From: Camelus dromedarius
Taxonomy: Eukaryota
Length of the DNA stretch: 64,000 nt
Assembly (NCBI RefSeq): GCF_036321535.1
Contig: NC_087437.1
Location: forward strand, 104,596,001 to 104,660,000
Reading direction: 5' to 3'
Positions within the stretch are counted from its first letter, which is position 1. The number at the start of each line of letters is the position of its first letter. The notes beneath the pieces were generated by a model. The model had not been told where the DNA came from. It did no database searches and saw only the letters and a program-made list of their open reading frames with translations. Shown piece by piece: positions 15,050 to 27,425 of this stretch. The position numbers were made by a program, and so were the translations under genes.

Positions 15050-17440
15050 TGTAAGGAACTGTCAAACTGAATGTTTCTAAAATCTAGTGAAAATATTCTC
15101 CAGGAATGAACGAGCAATCAAAACATTCTCAAATATATAAAAACTAAGATAATTTGTCACCAAATGACATACTCTCGAAGAATGACTAAAAAAATATTTA
15201 AACAGAAAAATAAATGATAAAAGAAGGAAACCTAGAAAATCAGGAAAGAAAAAAAGAAAAGAAAAGGATTAAAATATAGTAAAAACAATTGACTGTAGTA
15301 TTTTGCCTTAAATTTTCTTAATTATTTTTATTGGTGGAAGCAAAAATTATAACAATGCCCATTATGGTTTTGCATGTATATAGAGTAAATAAGGAAATAT
15401 AATGGGGACATTAAAAGGAATAAAGTGAAGTAAGGTTTCTACACTTTACTCAAATGGTTAAAATGTCAACAATGTTACACTGTAAGTATATATAATACCT
15501 AGAGCAGCCATTAAAAAAAAATACAAAGAGATATACTGAAAACACACTCACACTATAGGTAAATCAAAATGAAATTCTAAAAAAAAGTTTGAAGGCAGGG
15601 AAAAAAAAGCATACAGAAGCAGAAACCAAAATTGGAGAAATAATCCTTTAAAACATCAATAATGTTAATGATCTAAATGCACTAATAAAGTCAGAGATTG
15701 GTAGAATGGATACAATAACATCATCTTCGTATGTGCTGTCACTTTAAATGTAACAACAGAAAGTGAAATTGAAAGAATGGAAAAAGATAAGACAAAGCAA
15801 ATACTAATCAACAAAAAGCAGGAGTGAAGACATTCATATGGGATAAAGTAGCTTTTAAAGAAATGAATGTTACTAAGAACAGAAGGAACATTACATAATG
15901 GGGGGAAAAAAAGTCAATCCAGAAGGAAGAATAGCACTAAACAACAGACCCGCAAATTATGTAAAGCAAAAACTGATGGAACTGAAAATTGAAATCATCA
16001 AATCTACAATTAAAGTTTGAGACTTTTACACCACTCTCTCAATAATTAGTGGAAAAATAGACAAAATAATCAAGAAGGCGGTAGGACTCTACAAAAACAT
16101 CTGTCAACAGGAACTAATGGACTAATACAGCAGGAACACTTCATTGAACAAAGGAAGGGTACACATTCTTTGCATTCTTTTCAGTTGTCCATAGAATTTA
16201 TGTCAATACATCCCACACTCAGGGCCATAAAACAGATATCAAAGACTGTTAAATAACTGAAATCAGAGAGAATATGTACTCTATCACAACTAAACCAAAC
16301 TAGAAATCAATAGCAAAAGATAAAAAGAAATTCTCCATATACTTAGAAACTAAACAACATATTTCTAAATAAGTCATTGGTCAAAGAGGAAGTCTTAAGG
16401 AAAAATTTTTAAAAAGTAACAGAATGAAAATGAAAATATAACAAATCAGAACTTGTGGAATGCAGCTCCATTAGTGATGGAAGGGGAATTTTTAGCACTC
16501 AATTCCTACACAGAAAAGAGTTGAAAAGGCTTAAATAAATAACCTAAGTACTCATCTCAATCAAGTATAAGTAGGAAAAAAAATTATCAAAGGAAATCCA
16601 AATTGAGTGGAAGGAAGGAGATAAACAATAAGAAAAGCTATCAATGAAATGGAAAACTTAAAAAAAAATAGAGTAAATAAACAAAAATTTGGTTCTTTGA
16701 AAGGATCAATAAGAAAGACAAACTTCTAGGGTGAAAAAATGAGAAAAAACACAAAATACTAAAATCAGCAATGAAACAGTAGACACCGGAACAGACTTTG
16801 GAAGCATCAACAGGGTAATGAAGAAATGCTATGGACAACTCTGAACATATAGATTGGAAAATTAAGATGCAGAATTCTTAACAACATAGTAACAAATGGA
16901 AATTAGTAATATCACATATACCATATGAGAATTATCCATATACCATATGAGATTTATTCAGAGATGCAAGCCTGGATCAAATCTGAAAAATCAGTCAGTC
17001 TAATGCACCAGCATAAGAGGATAAAGAAGAAATCACATTGTCATAGCTACTGATGCAGGAAAAAAAAATCAAAATATCCACATATGATATAGAAAAAAAA
17101 AAAGCTTGTAGTAAACTCAGAATAAACAGGATTTTCTTAACTAAGTAAACAAATTTATAATACACCTGCAGCTACCATCATACTTAATGGTGAAGAACTG
17201 ATTCCCCTCTGGGATGAGGAATAAAGTATTCATGTCCATTTCACTACTGCTAGTCAGGATTGTGCTAGAAGTTCTATCCAGCACAGTAAGAAAAAAAATG
17301 TCATACAGATCAAAAAAGATGAAATAATACATAGATGACACAATGATCCACAAAGAAAATCTCAAGTCTAACCAACTAACAATTCCTGTAACTAATGAGA
17401 GTTCAGGGAAGCCACAGGGTGCAAAATCAGTTGTAATTTG
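15050..17440 (+). mobile_element. Old L1 fragment (ORF1 end, inter-ORF, ORF2 5' part)
   Basis: Recognisable decayed L1 motifs throughout, e.g. tggttctttgaaaggatcaataa and gaagttctatccagcacagtaag. Confidence 0.85.
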
Positions 17441-17550
17441 TAGGTTGTCTTTTTACTTTCTGATATGGTTCTTAGATGCACAAAGGCTTTTAGTTTTAAT
17501 AAAGTCTCATTTATCTTTCTTTTCTTGTTGCTAATGCTTTTGGGTTCTGA
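17441..17550 (-). mobile_element. L1 ORF2 fragment, opposite orientation
   Basis: taggttgtctttttactttc...gcacaaaggcttttagttt antisense L1 motif. Confidence 0.6.
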
Positions 17551-17939
17551 GTTCTAATTTTGAAAAAGCTCTTCTAAGAAATTTTCTCCTGTCTCTACTG
17601 ACATAATTAAAACTTGAATATACTTTAAGGTATAATTTTAAATTACCTTCTGTAATTTTACATTTAAATATTTTGCTACTTATATATTATAAATATGGTG
17701 TGGTCCATTTTTAAATGTAACATACAGAATATTCTATGGATACAAATAAATTTTAAAATAAATTTTCAAGCTCATTAAATATATGGCTACTGCACAGTAC
17801 AGTAACATTCCACCAAACAAAATAATCTCTTTTTATGATCATCCTGTGGTTCTAAAACTTAACGTCTTTTCAGAAGACATTGGGTCTTTGAAGGAACAAC
17901 TCGAGAATTAAATAAGATTTTTCGATAGGAAGCTGCACA

Positions 17940-18110
17940 AGGTAGCAGAATGATTCAGGGTCAAAAGATCAAAATTATTCATTTGAAATCTTTATCAGTT
18001 ACTTGCTGTTTAACCTCAGGCAATTTACTTGTTCACACGGAGAATCATTTTTCTCAAATGACAATTGGCATTTGGATATTACAATATTTGACCTTATTAT
18101 CTTAAGGAGA
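17940..18110 (+). mobile_element. MIR SINE
   Basis: Degenerate core acttgctgtttaacctcaggcaatttactt. Confidence 0.5.
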
Positions 18111-20384
18111 TTTTTCTAGAATTTAAAAGAAAAGTTACAAAGAGCTTTATAATTTGCATGTATTAAGTAAACCAAAGTTTTTATTGTCATTTGCATGGCT
18201 TGGATATTGAAATTGCACAAGGTAAAATTGGGTGTCAAACCACAAAGAAGATTTTTATCCTGATCATCTTGAGTTATCTGTTCAAACTTGAGAAATTTAG
18301 AAGGAAGAAGTGCCATGGTGTCTTGATTACTCCACAAATTATACAAAGAAGCTCAGCCTACTCCCATGTCAGTTGCTATTCATGGTACCATGGGAAAGGA
18401 TGCCGTGTTATTCTGCAAGTAGAGAGAAAAACATTAATAACACATCACTTTATTGTATCTTCATAATGCTGCATTCTTATAGCTGAAAGCCTTCATGAAA
18501 ATTTGATGGTGTTCAATTGGTACCTCCCTACTCTAGCTATTAACTTAAATTGATACTTTATATCTCTATGGAAATAAAGTACAACTTTTAAACCTTACTT
18601 TATTTTGAAATCAAAATACTCCTTGAAAGAAAAGCCAACAGAACTAAATGGATTCAGCAGATGAGTTGTATTATTTAGTTTTCCAAAAACCACCAATGAT
18701 CATCTCAAGGTAGAGGTGACCAGAATAAGCTTCATAGGTCAGTACGATTGCTCTCTTAGTCTTAGAATTTTTTTAAAGAGCATTAATTAGATGACCCATG
18801 AAATATTCTCCTTTTTGTTTCTTTTTTCCACAGTGTAGGACTCACCTCATCATAATATTATCATTGCTATCATTTGCTTGTCCCTTAGTCATATCCATGA
18901 TGCTGCTTAAAATTAATAGTTTTTTCCTTATCCATATAAGATCCAGTTGTTGTTCATTTAAATTTAATTTTTTAACAGAACAACAGAAAATTAATTTCAA
19001 GAAAATAGGTTTTCCTCATTGCATTTGATTTAGCTTTAGAATTAAAGAATATATTATAATGCAAGTGATTTCAGAGGCTAAATAATTATTATAAAAAGTG
19101 TCATTGAAAACTTACTAGGAACAAACCCTCTCAACAAACAGATGCGGAGGATGGATGGTCCTAGAGCAGCACACTAACAATTTCCAGTCAACTTTGTGAG
19201 TAATCTGTCCTGAACCGCACATAAAAGAACGGAAGTGTTTTGTTTCCTGTTTCTGTCATTCTTCAGTTAATACCCTCTATACAGAGAGGAAATGCAAATC
19301 AAAGTTGCCTAGTTTAAAAAAAAAAAAAAACAGCTGTCTTCAAGTTAACTTTTCAAATATCTTTATATATTGACCTATAAAACTGTAGGAAAATAATGAG
19401 GGTGAGATGGGTGAGGGGTAAACATGATAAACTGATTATAAAATTCCATAATAATGGAGCAGTATTGCTATCTATCGCTTCAGGTACACATCCAACATAC
19501 ATATTACAATCTTAGTGATAAAATCATGAAGTTACGTTACTATGCACTTACTTTAAATCATTTTATATGCTTGCAAATATCATAAAATTAGTAGACCAGA
19601 GTTACACCTCAGAATTTATTAGGTTATATATAACATATTTATTACATATTAAATGTATTATATTTATTATGTTTTAGGAGACTGCATGAATTTATCAAAA
19701 TTTATAAAAGTGTGAGTGTAGGACTGTACTAGGTGTACCAAATATTAATACTGAGTACAAATTATTGATGCTTCATATAAATAGTGTTTAGCATAAAAGT
19801 CAAAAAATCAATCCGACTGTATATACATATGTATAATATACTCATACTAAGAATTTGTCAGTTTTATTTATCTGTGCTCAATTTTATGCAAAAATTATTT
19901 AACGAAAGGGAAGAAAAAAGAAAATACTCTAGAATCTTTCAAGATGGTCTTGCAGAAGTTCTCCAACTTGCAGTACTGTCCTGGGTTTCATTTTGTCTCG
20001 TGTTTTATTCTAAGGGAAGTAAGTGACTATATTTAAAACTGATCTGGTTTACGGAGATCTAGTTATCTGTTCAGACTCATTCCTAATAAAACCTTGGATG
20101 GCAGAAATAATAGAATGATGTACTGAATGTGTTAAAGACAAAACAATAAGCAAACAATAAGAAAATATTAATCTACAATTCTATACCAGCAAAAGTGTTC
20201 TTCAAAAGAGAAAGTTAATTAAGCTAAGGTGATTAAATGTGAGCCAATGTGCTCTACAAGAAATAGTATATATGGGAAATGATCCCAGATTGAACTGTGT
20301 CACTGCAGGAATGAAGAAAATGGTTAGAAAGGGAAACTTTGACAGGTAACGGCTGTTTAAATTGCAGTTATAACTATATTTTGT

Positions 20385-21470
20385 CATTTTTTTCCATTGT
20401 CATTATTAAGGTATAATTTACATGCAATAAAATTCACCATTTTTAGTGGATGGTTCCAGTTTTGGCAAATCAGTACAGCCATATAATCACCACAGTGATC
20501 AACACCAGCAGTTCCATCACGTAAGACATTTTCCCTTAAATGTCCTTTGTAGCTGTAGTTATTGTCTTTGTACATCCAGCAGTAATCTGTTTTCAGGTTC
20601 CAATGGTTTCGCCTAGTCTAGAATATCATATAAATAAAATTACATGATAGATAGCATTATGACTTTGGCTTTTTTCACTTAATGCATTTGAAATTCATTT
20701 GTGCTACTGAGTGTATCACTAGTTTGTCATTTTTGTTGTGTAGTAGTATTCCATAGTGTACACACAGATACACAGTTTATCTGTTCCTCAGTTGGAGTAC
20801 AATTGTACAATTGCATTGTTTCCAGTTTGGGTATATTATGGATAAAGCTGCTATAAACATTCTTATACAGGTTTTTTTTATGTAAACATAAGTTTTTATT
20901 TCACTTGAGATGTCTAGAAGTGGAATTACTGAATCATCTTATAAATATATGTTTAATGTTGTGAGAAAACTCTCAAACTATTTTTTGCAATATCTGTTAA
21001 CATTTTGTATACCCATCAGCAATGCATGAGAGAGTTCCTTTACTCTGTGTTCTCACCAGTACTTGGTCAGTTTGTTTGTCTGTTTAGGTATTTGGATAGA
21101 TGTGTTTTATACCTAAAAGCATTCCTTATGTTTTGGAATGAAATTACATGTAGTATTCTATTTTTAATTTCAATTACAACTGCTCAATGCTAGTATATTA
21201 AAATAAAATTGTTTTCTGAATATTAGCCTTATAACCTGTGAACTTGCAAATTAGTGTATATTTATGCGTGTGTGTTTATAGATTTCTGTGATTTTCTAAG
21301 TAGTCATATCCTCTGTAAGACAGACAACTTTATTTCATTCAAACTGTACTTATTTCATTTTTATTTGATTTATTTTATTTTTATAGTACACTGAATAGAA
21401 CCTCCATTTCATATGGAATAGAAATCATAAGAGTAATTATCTTAGCCTTGTCCCTAATCATAGAGAAAAG
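20385..21470 (-). mobile_element. Old L1 (L1MB/MC-like) 3' region fragments
   Basis: ggtataatttacatgcaataaaattcacc 3' end plus gctgctataaacattc and cccatcagcaatgcatgagag motifs. Confidence 0.8.
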
Positions 21471-22293
21471 TCATCTCCAGAGTACCTGGCTTACAAAATG
21501 GGACACCTAATATCTGTAAAATATGTTTGAAAGATATAATAAATATTCCATATTATAAACATGATAAAGCTTAATTTCAATTTATTTTTTCAGTATCTGT
21601 ATAAACAAATCTTCATGTTGGTACACATGTGCATTTGCACATATTTCTTATAGATATGCACATTAATGAATTATATTCCTCTTGCATCCCAGTGGAGTAT
21701 GTTATAAGGAAAAACCTCCTTGGGATGCACACAATCCACTCAGCAGCTTAGTTTCATCTAAAACTAAGTCTTATCTAAAACTTATTCTCATCTTGCACCA
21801 CCTAATATATTTAATGCAGGGATAGAAATAAATATGTTTCCAGAAAAAAAATATATATATATATAAAGGAAAATTTTCTGAGATACTAATATATGTTTTG
21901 GTCTTTCTAGGGTTGACCACCCCTTCTGCCTGAACCAACAGGCAAGACATTTATATTCCCTGTGTCAGCAAAATTTAGGTTGCAAGAGCCAAAGAAGTAT
22001 ACAGTTGAAAGAATGTCTTATTCATTTCTTTGAATGCCTGAAATTTTTCGAGGATTAGATCACGAGAGAGGGGTTTGGAGGGAGTACAGTCCTGCGAGTC
22101 TAGGAACAAGTACAGCACAGCAAGACGCGTGTGTGTGGAAGTTTATCACGTGCAGAGTGCGACCAGATCTCTCCATCTCCTCAGCTATGACTCTAGAGTC
22201 ACCTTTATCACACTGAGTCCCTTTTATTGCAGGAATTTCCTAAGTGATCTCACTGTTTCCTCCTGGATCTGGCAGAACACAGAAGCCAGGAGT

Positions 22294-22326
<33 letters not shown>

Positions 22327-22327
<1 letters not shown>

Positions 22328-22804
22328 TGAAGGTAGATTTATTCAGAGAGAGATATTGAAATACAAGAGAAAGGCCAAGAGGTGTGGGGGTTGGGTACTC
22401 AGATTAAAAGTAGGTACACACTCCATAGACAGAATGTAGGCTGCCTCCAAAGAGGGAGAGAGGGGGGCGGCTGTGAGGTGCCGTGTTGCTGGTTTTTATG
22501 GGTTTGGTGGCTTCATATGCTAATAAGTAGAAGGACCAGTCTAAGGGGAAGGGGCTGGAATTCCCAGGAAGTTGGCCATTTCCCACCCTTTGACCTTTTG
22601 TGGCTAGCCTTGGGACTGCCACGGTGCCTGTGGGCATGTTATTCACCATGTTAATATATTACAGTGGGCTTGTAATGAAGCTCAAGATCTACTAGAAGTT
22701 AAATCTCTCATCATCCTGAGCCTTGAGGCCTTCTAGGGGTTGAATCTTTCACCATTTTGATGTTAATTGCTATGGCCTTCCTTGAATAGCTGTGCCCTGT
22801 CTCA
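22327..22804 (-). mobile_element. 3' LTR portion (U3 22472-22804 plus R 22327-22471), U5 absent, MER41-like
   Basis: Begins TGAGACA directly after the polypurine tract. TATA-like ATAAAAA at ~22493-22499 and AATAAA at 22338-22343, followed 11 nt later by the poly(A) tail. Motifs recall MER41 LTRs (ctccatagacaga, catatgctaa, attccc(a)ggaa). Confidence 0.88.
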
Positions 22805-22814
22805 TTCCCCCCTC
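22805..22814 (-). other. Polypurine tract
   Basis: GAGGGGGGAA immediately precedes the TG start of U3. Confidence 0.85.
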
Positions 22815-22835
22815 AGAGATTTTACTCCCATAATC

Positions 22836-23160
22836 TTATGGAGTTTCAGAGGGACGAAGGTCCCTCTTCTGAAACTGCTTCCAGGCTGAGTAGGGGCGTT
22901 GACCCTGCCTATCAGGGAGTAAAAATCTCTCAGTGCCTAATCTAGGGGTCCCAGAGGCAGGACAGCCTTTTGTTTTTGGCGTCCAAGGGCTGAGGGTGTG
23001 GGCTGGAATCCTCGCACAGCCAGCATCTGATGTGGGGCTGCTGTAACCCACTGTTTCCATTGACTTCTGATGAATTTTCTTAAAGATGAAGCACCTTCGT
23101 AACAACAGTTTGACAGTCTGTAAAATCAAAAAGATTTAAAAGGCATGGTTAAACATTTGT
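22836..23160 (-). pseudogene. env: Remnant of env 3' end / 3' untranslated region
   Basis: PCLLNLF-like TM cytoplasmic motif at ~23128-23148, only ~30 nt after the pol end. No room remains for SU/TM. Confidence 0.5.
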
Positions 23161-23178
23161 AATCACCGCTACACGTTA

Positions 23179-24544
23179 TTATTTGTTTTTCTTAAACAGC
23201 TACCTGAGGTATTCTATTGCCTCGTAAGCATAGGTCTCTCTGGGCTCCTGTTGGGGCTTATAAGTTACAGGTTTTTTATGGACAGATGTAGCCAACTAGC
23301 AATTCCTCGTAGCCTAACGACAGTTGCGGTGCTCAGTAGTACCTGATATAATCCCTTCCATTTTGGCTGCAGCTGGTCTTCAGGGGAGCCCTCCTTCCAA
23401 GTTTTTAGTAAGACAAAGTCCCCTGATTGGACAGGGACTTCAACCTTTTCCTCTGTAGGAAAGGGCAACACTTTATTTCCATATTCTTGGAGAACCTTTT
23501 GAACTTGACTTAAGCCAACAATGTGGGAAACTAATCTATGAATTTCCTCATCAAACAGGAAATCTGAAGTTAAAAAGGGCCTCCCATAAATCATTTCAAA
23601 TGGGCTAAGTTTTAAAATTCCCTTAGGGGCCATCCTTACTCTTAGAAGGGCTATAGGCAGGAAGGGGACCCAGGTTTCTGAAGTCTTCTGACATAGCTTA
23701 GCAAGAGTTCTCTTTAGAACATGATTTGCTTTTTCCACCTTGCCTGAGGATTGGAGCCTCCAGGAAGAGTGAAGGTGATAGTTAATACCCAGAGCAGAGG
23801 AAACCTGTTGAGTCACCTTGGCAGTGAAGGAGGGTCCATTATCACTCTGTAAGCTTTTTGGTAGCCCAAATCTTGGGATTATTTCTTTCAGCAGAAAATT
23901 TAACACTTCTATTGCTTTTTCTGTTCTAGTGGGGAAATCTTCTACTCACCCTGTAAAGGTGTCTATGTGTACCAACAGGTATTTCCATCCCTTACAAGAG
24001 GGCATCTGGGTAAAGCCCATTTGCCAATCTTCCCCTGGATACGTTCCCCGATGTTGTGTGGGCCGGAGTAGGGGTCGGGGTACAGGGTGACTCCCTGGGT
24101 CATTGCGGGCACAAAGTTCACAGGCCCCAGTGACTTCCTTAACAGTTTGGGACAGTTCCTTGCCTGGGAACACTTGAGAGATTAGTCTGAGCATGCAGTG
24201 CCACCCTAGGTGGGTGGACTCGTGGAGATGCTTAGTTATTTTCCACTGTTTGTCCCCAGGAATGAGGAGCTTGTCAGCCACCGAGAGATTCTTTTCCAGC
24301 CCCCTGTGTTTAGCCCATTCGACCACTTCAGGTGTATAGGACGGCACCGTTGGGAGAGGCTGGTCCTCAGGTGGGAGAACTGCAGCTTATAAGACTGTGT
24401 GTTCTCTGGCTGCAGCTTCCACAGCCTTCTCTGCGAGGGCATCCCCCTGTATAAGGGAGGAATTGCCCTTTTGGTGACCCCTGCAGTGTATGACTGCAGC
24501 CTCTTTTGGAAGCTGGACTGCTTCTAGGAGTTTTAGAATTTTTG
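23179..24544 (-). pseudogene. pol: ERV pol remnant: RNase H C-terminus and integrase, reverse transcriptase absent
   Basis: ILKLLEAVQLPKEAAVIHCRGHQKG (RNase H end), HHCC motif (HESTH...CELC), WQMGFT (first catalytic D replaced by G), SDNG, KVEKAN and a degenerate GPY motif (KWKGLY). Contains frameshifts. Confidence 0.92.
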
Positions 24545-24860
24545 CCTGGAATATAGTGAGTAAATCCCTTCCCAAAAGGGGGATGGGGCACTCAGGCATA
24601 AGCAAAAACTGATGTGCAAAGGTAAAATTTTCTAGCAGGCAGCTAAGGGGGCTGTAAATCGCTTGGTTTGGGGCTTTCTGTCAATCCCCATTACTACACA
24701 GGATTGGGAGGACAAGGGTCCAGGGAAATCAGTCAGCAGAGTAGGTGGCTCCTGTATCTCGTAAGAAGACAACTTTTCTACCTGCCATGTCAAGGGTTAC
24801 CTAAGGCTCCTCCAGAGAAATGACCAGGTGTCCTGTGGGAGCCAGGGAGGGTCCCGGGCC
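24545..24860 (-). pseudogene. pro: ERV aspartic protease, disrupted
   Basis: Manual translation gives EEP*VTLDMAGRKVVFLRDTGATYS (DTG active site), and the C-terminal MPECPIPLLGRDLL motif is present. Confidence 0.88.
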
Positions 24861-24863
24861 CCG

Positions 24864-26395
24864 TCGGTCTTCAGTTATTTCAGCCATCATTGGTTTGGGA
24901 GCCCAAGCCCCTTTTGGGACTGAGGGCAGTCCTGCTTCCAGTGGCCTTTTTGTTTGCATATAGGGCAGGGTCCTGGTGGACTTTCCCCATACATGGGGCA
25001 TTTGTTCTTCCAGTGGCCCTCCTGGCTGTACTTAAAACAGGTCCCTTTTTGGCAAGACAGTGGCTCTGATCCAGGCATCCTGGATCCTGTCCTCACCGTG
25101 GGTCTTCTTGAAGGAGGGTAACCCTGAGGTGGTGCAGGGGTTAGGGAAGACACTAGGAATTTTGCCTTTTGCTGTTTTCCCTGGATCCTTCTTACCTCTT
25201 CAACCCTGTCTCTATTGTTGAATACTCCAAACGCCAGATCCACGAGCTGATTCACGGGGTCTGGGGTCCCAGAGCTGCCTTCTGTAATTGTCTCCTGATG
25301 TCTGGGGCTGACTGAGTGATAAGTGGGTGTTTACCAGGGCTTCCCCCGCAGGGGTTTTGGGGTTAATATTAGTGTACTTTTTAAAGGCCTCCACTAAGCG
25401 ACCCTGGAAGAGGGCTGGATTCTCATCTTTTCCCTGTGTTACTTCCCTGACTTTGTCATAGTTGATGGGCTTAACAACACATTTTTTCATCCCCTCTGTG
25501 AGGCAAGTAACCATATGGTTTCTGCGTTCAAGCCCTCTACCTCCCTGGTGGTGGTTCCAGTGGGGGTCTCGGTCAGGGATTGCATCCCCCCAGTAAGGGA
25601 GACTGTGTGCCCCTGGTTGCGGGCAGCCAGTTCATCAGCATATGCCCTGGCTGCGCTGAGGATCCGGCTTTTTTCCTTGAAAGTGCAGCAGGTTGAAAGG
25701 TCCCTCCAGGTGAGCTCATAGGCCATTGTCAGCCTGGCAGATTCCTCCATGAACCTTCTGGGGTCCTCAGAGAAATGTCCAAATTTCTCCTTGCAGGTAG
25801 CCAAATCATTCATAGAAAAGGGGACGTGAACTCTGACTGTTCCTCCATCACCAGCTGGCACTTCCCTTAAGGGGCAGAGTTTGGTAATAGGAGGTTGGTA
25901 GTTGGCCCCACTTGGAATAGTACTCGGAGGACTTTCCTCTGGTGAGGGAGATGATGGGGAAGACTGTTCCCCCTCAGAGTTGGGGGAAATAGGAACTTCT
26001 GGCTGTGGACCTTAGGGACCTGGACTCAGTAAGGGGGTCATCTAGAGTATCAAGCTCCTGGGGAGGAGATGCTTAGAGGGGAGGCGGGCCAGGAATATCC
26101 GGCAGGAGTTCCTTAGACCTGAGTTTTGGTATAGGGTCAGGAACATCTGGACATATGGGATTTCCCCCCATTTACAGCCTCTTTTACAAAATAGGCCTAG
26201 CTGCAAGATGGCATTGTAAGTTAGTGACTCATTCTTTGTCCAGAATTCTTGGTCCCTTAGTTTGTATTGGGGCCATACAATATTACAAAAGAAAATTAAT
26301 TCCTTTTTCTTCAAACTATTCTTTTTAAACTTTTTCCAATTTACTAATATGCATCCTAGCGGGGAGTCCTTTGGGATACTTGTAGTTGTTCCCAT
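24864..26395 (-). pseudogene. gag: ERV gag, frameshifted
   Basis: MG start with matrix motif PLGCILVNW...LIFFCNIVWPQYKL. Capsid motifs VHVPFSMNDL and VTQGKDENPALFQGRL. Two zinc knuckles (CFKYSQEGHWKNKC degenerate, CPICKQKGHWKQDC). Split over four ORFs. Confidence 0.92.
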
Positions 26396-27399
26396 TCTGG
26401 GTAGGATGTCCTATCTGTGAGCCTGAGGTGGCTCCTTTAGACTAGTTAAGGAAAGGAGCAAGGGCCAGAGGGAGAAGAGGTGACTAGAGTCCGAGAGTCT
26501 AAATCCTTTAGATGGAAGGAGGAGACCCGGGTCCTGAGTCAACTAAGCAAATTACGTTTTGTGAAAGAGAAACAAATAGCATTGAAAGGTGGAAATCTAG
26601 AATGAAAAAGGAATGCTATAGCCTCCATGCTTCCCAGACCAGAGATCCGTAGGCCCACTGAGGGAGCGTCCGCCTGTGGCTCCCACCCAGGGGCACTGTA
26701 ACCTGCGACTTGTGGAGAGCACTCGCCAGCAACTCTCACTCAGGGGTGCTTAAACCTGTGACCCCAACGAGGGGTGCTAAAACCTGCAAACCTGTGACAG
26801 AGCACTCGCTGGTAATTCTCGTTCAGGAGTGCAAAACCCACAATCTGCAAAGGGAGTGCCCGCCCGCGACTCCCACCTTCGCCTACGGATGCAGTGAGGC
26901 CATACGCCCCAAGGGCACTCGGGAAGGGTTGGGCCACAAATTTTTAAAGGGGAACTCCCGGAGTCCCCTAATTTGGGCCCCCTTTCACAGTTCTGGCATC
27001 TCGGAACCAGAACAGCTCCGTGTAGAGAGGTGGAATTGGGCTCAAAGAGCCATGGAGGGGAAGCTCACCCAATCAAGTTGCCAATTACTTGCCACGTGGT
27101 CTTAATTTGGATGTCCGAGTGGTTGCCTTAGTGGATCTTCTCAAGTCCAAAGAGATAGAACGATAAAGGAGGGAATGAGAAAAGATCAAGGGGAGAGAAG
27201 CCTTGGGCTCGGTGGGCTCCTTCACCGCTAGAGAACTGGTCTCTACCAGATCCTGCAGGCCATGTCAGCCGCCACCTAAGGGCTACTCGAATCTGCACGG
27301 CACAGGAGAAACCCCCTGCCACCCTCCGAAGAGGGGGGAGCTGTAGCCCAATAGGCGGATCGCAATTATGCCCTTTGAGCCCTGTTTCTTTACGTAAAT

Positions 27400-27419
27400 G
27401 CCCCACACATTGGGTGCCA
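27400..27419 (-). other. Primer binding site, tRNA-Lys(CUU)-like
   Basis: Minus strand reads TGGCACCCAATGTGTGGGGC versus the Lys1,2 PBS TGGCGCCCAACGTGGGGC: two CpG-type transitions plus a 2-nt duplication. Confidence 0.8.
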
Positions 27420-27425
27420 GAGATA

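Noticed and set aside
15050..17550. L1 orientation switch at ~17440 as twin priming
   Set aside because: Segment order does not fit the twin-priming geometry, and no poly(A) or TSD is visible.
23265..23906. 213-aa integrase ORF as a possibly domesticated gene
   Set aside because: It is separated from the HHCC/first-Asp part by a frameshift, the first catalytic D is G, and the C-terminus is frameshifted, consistent with neutral decay.
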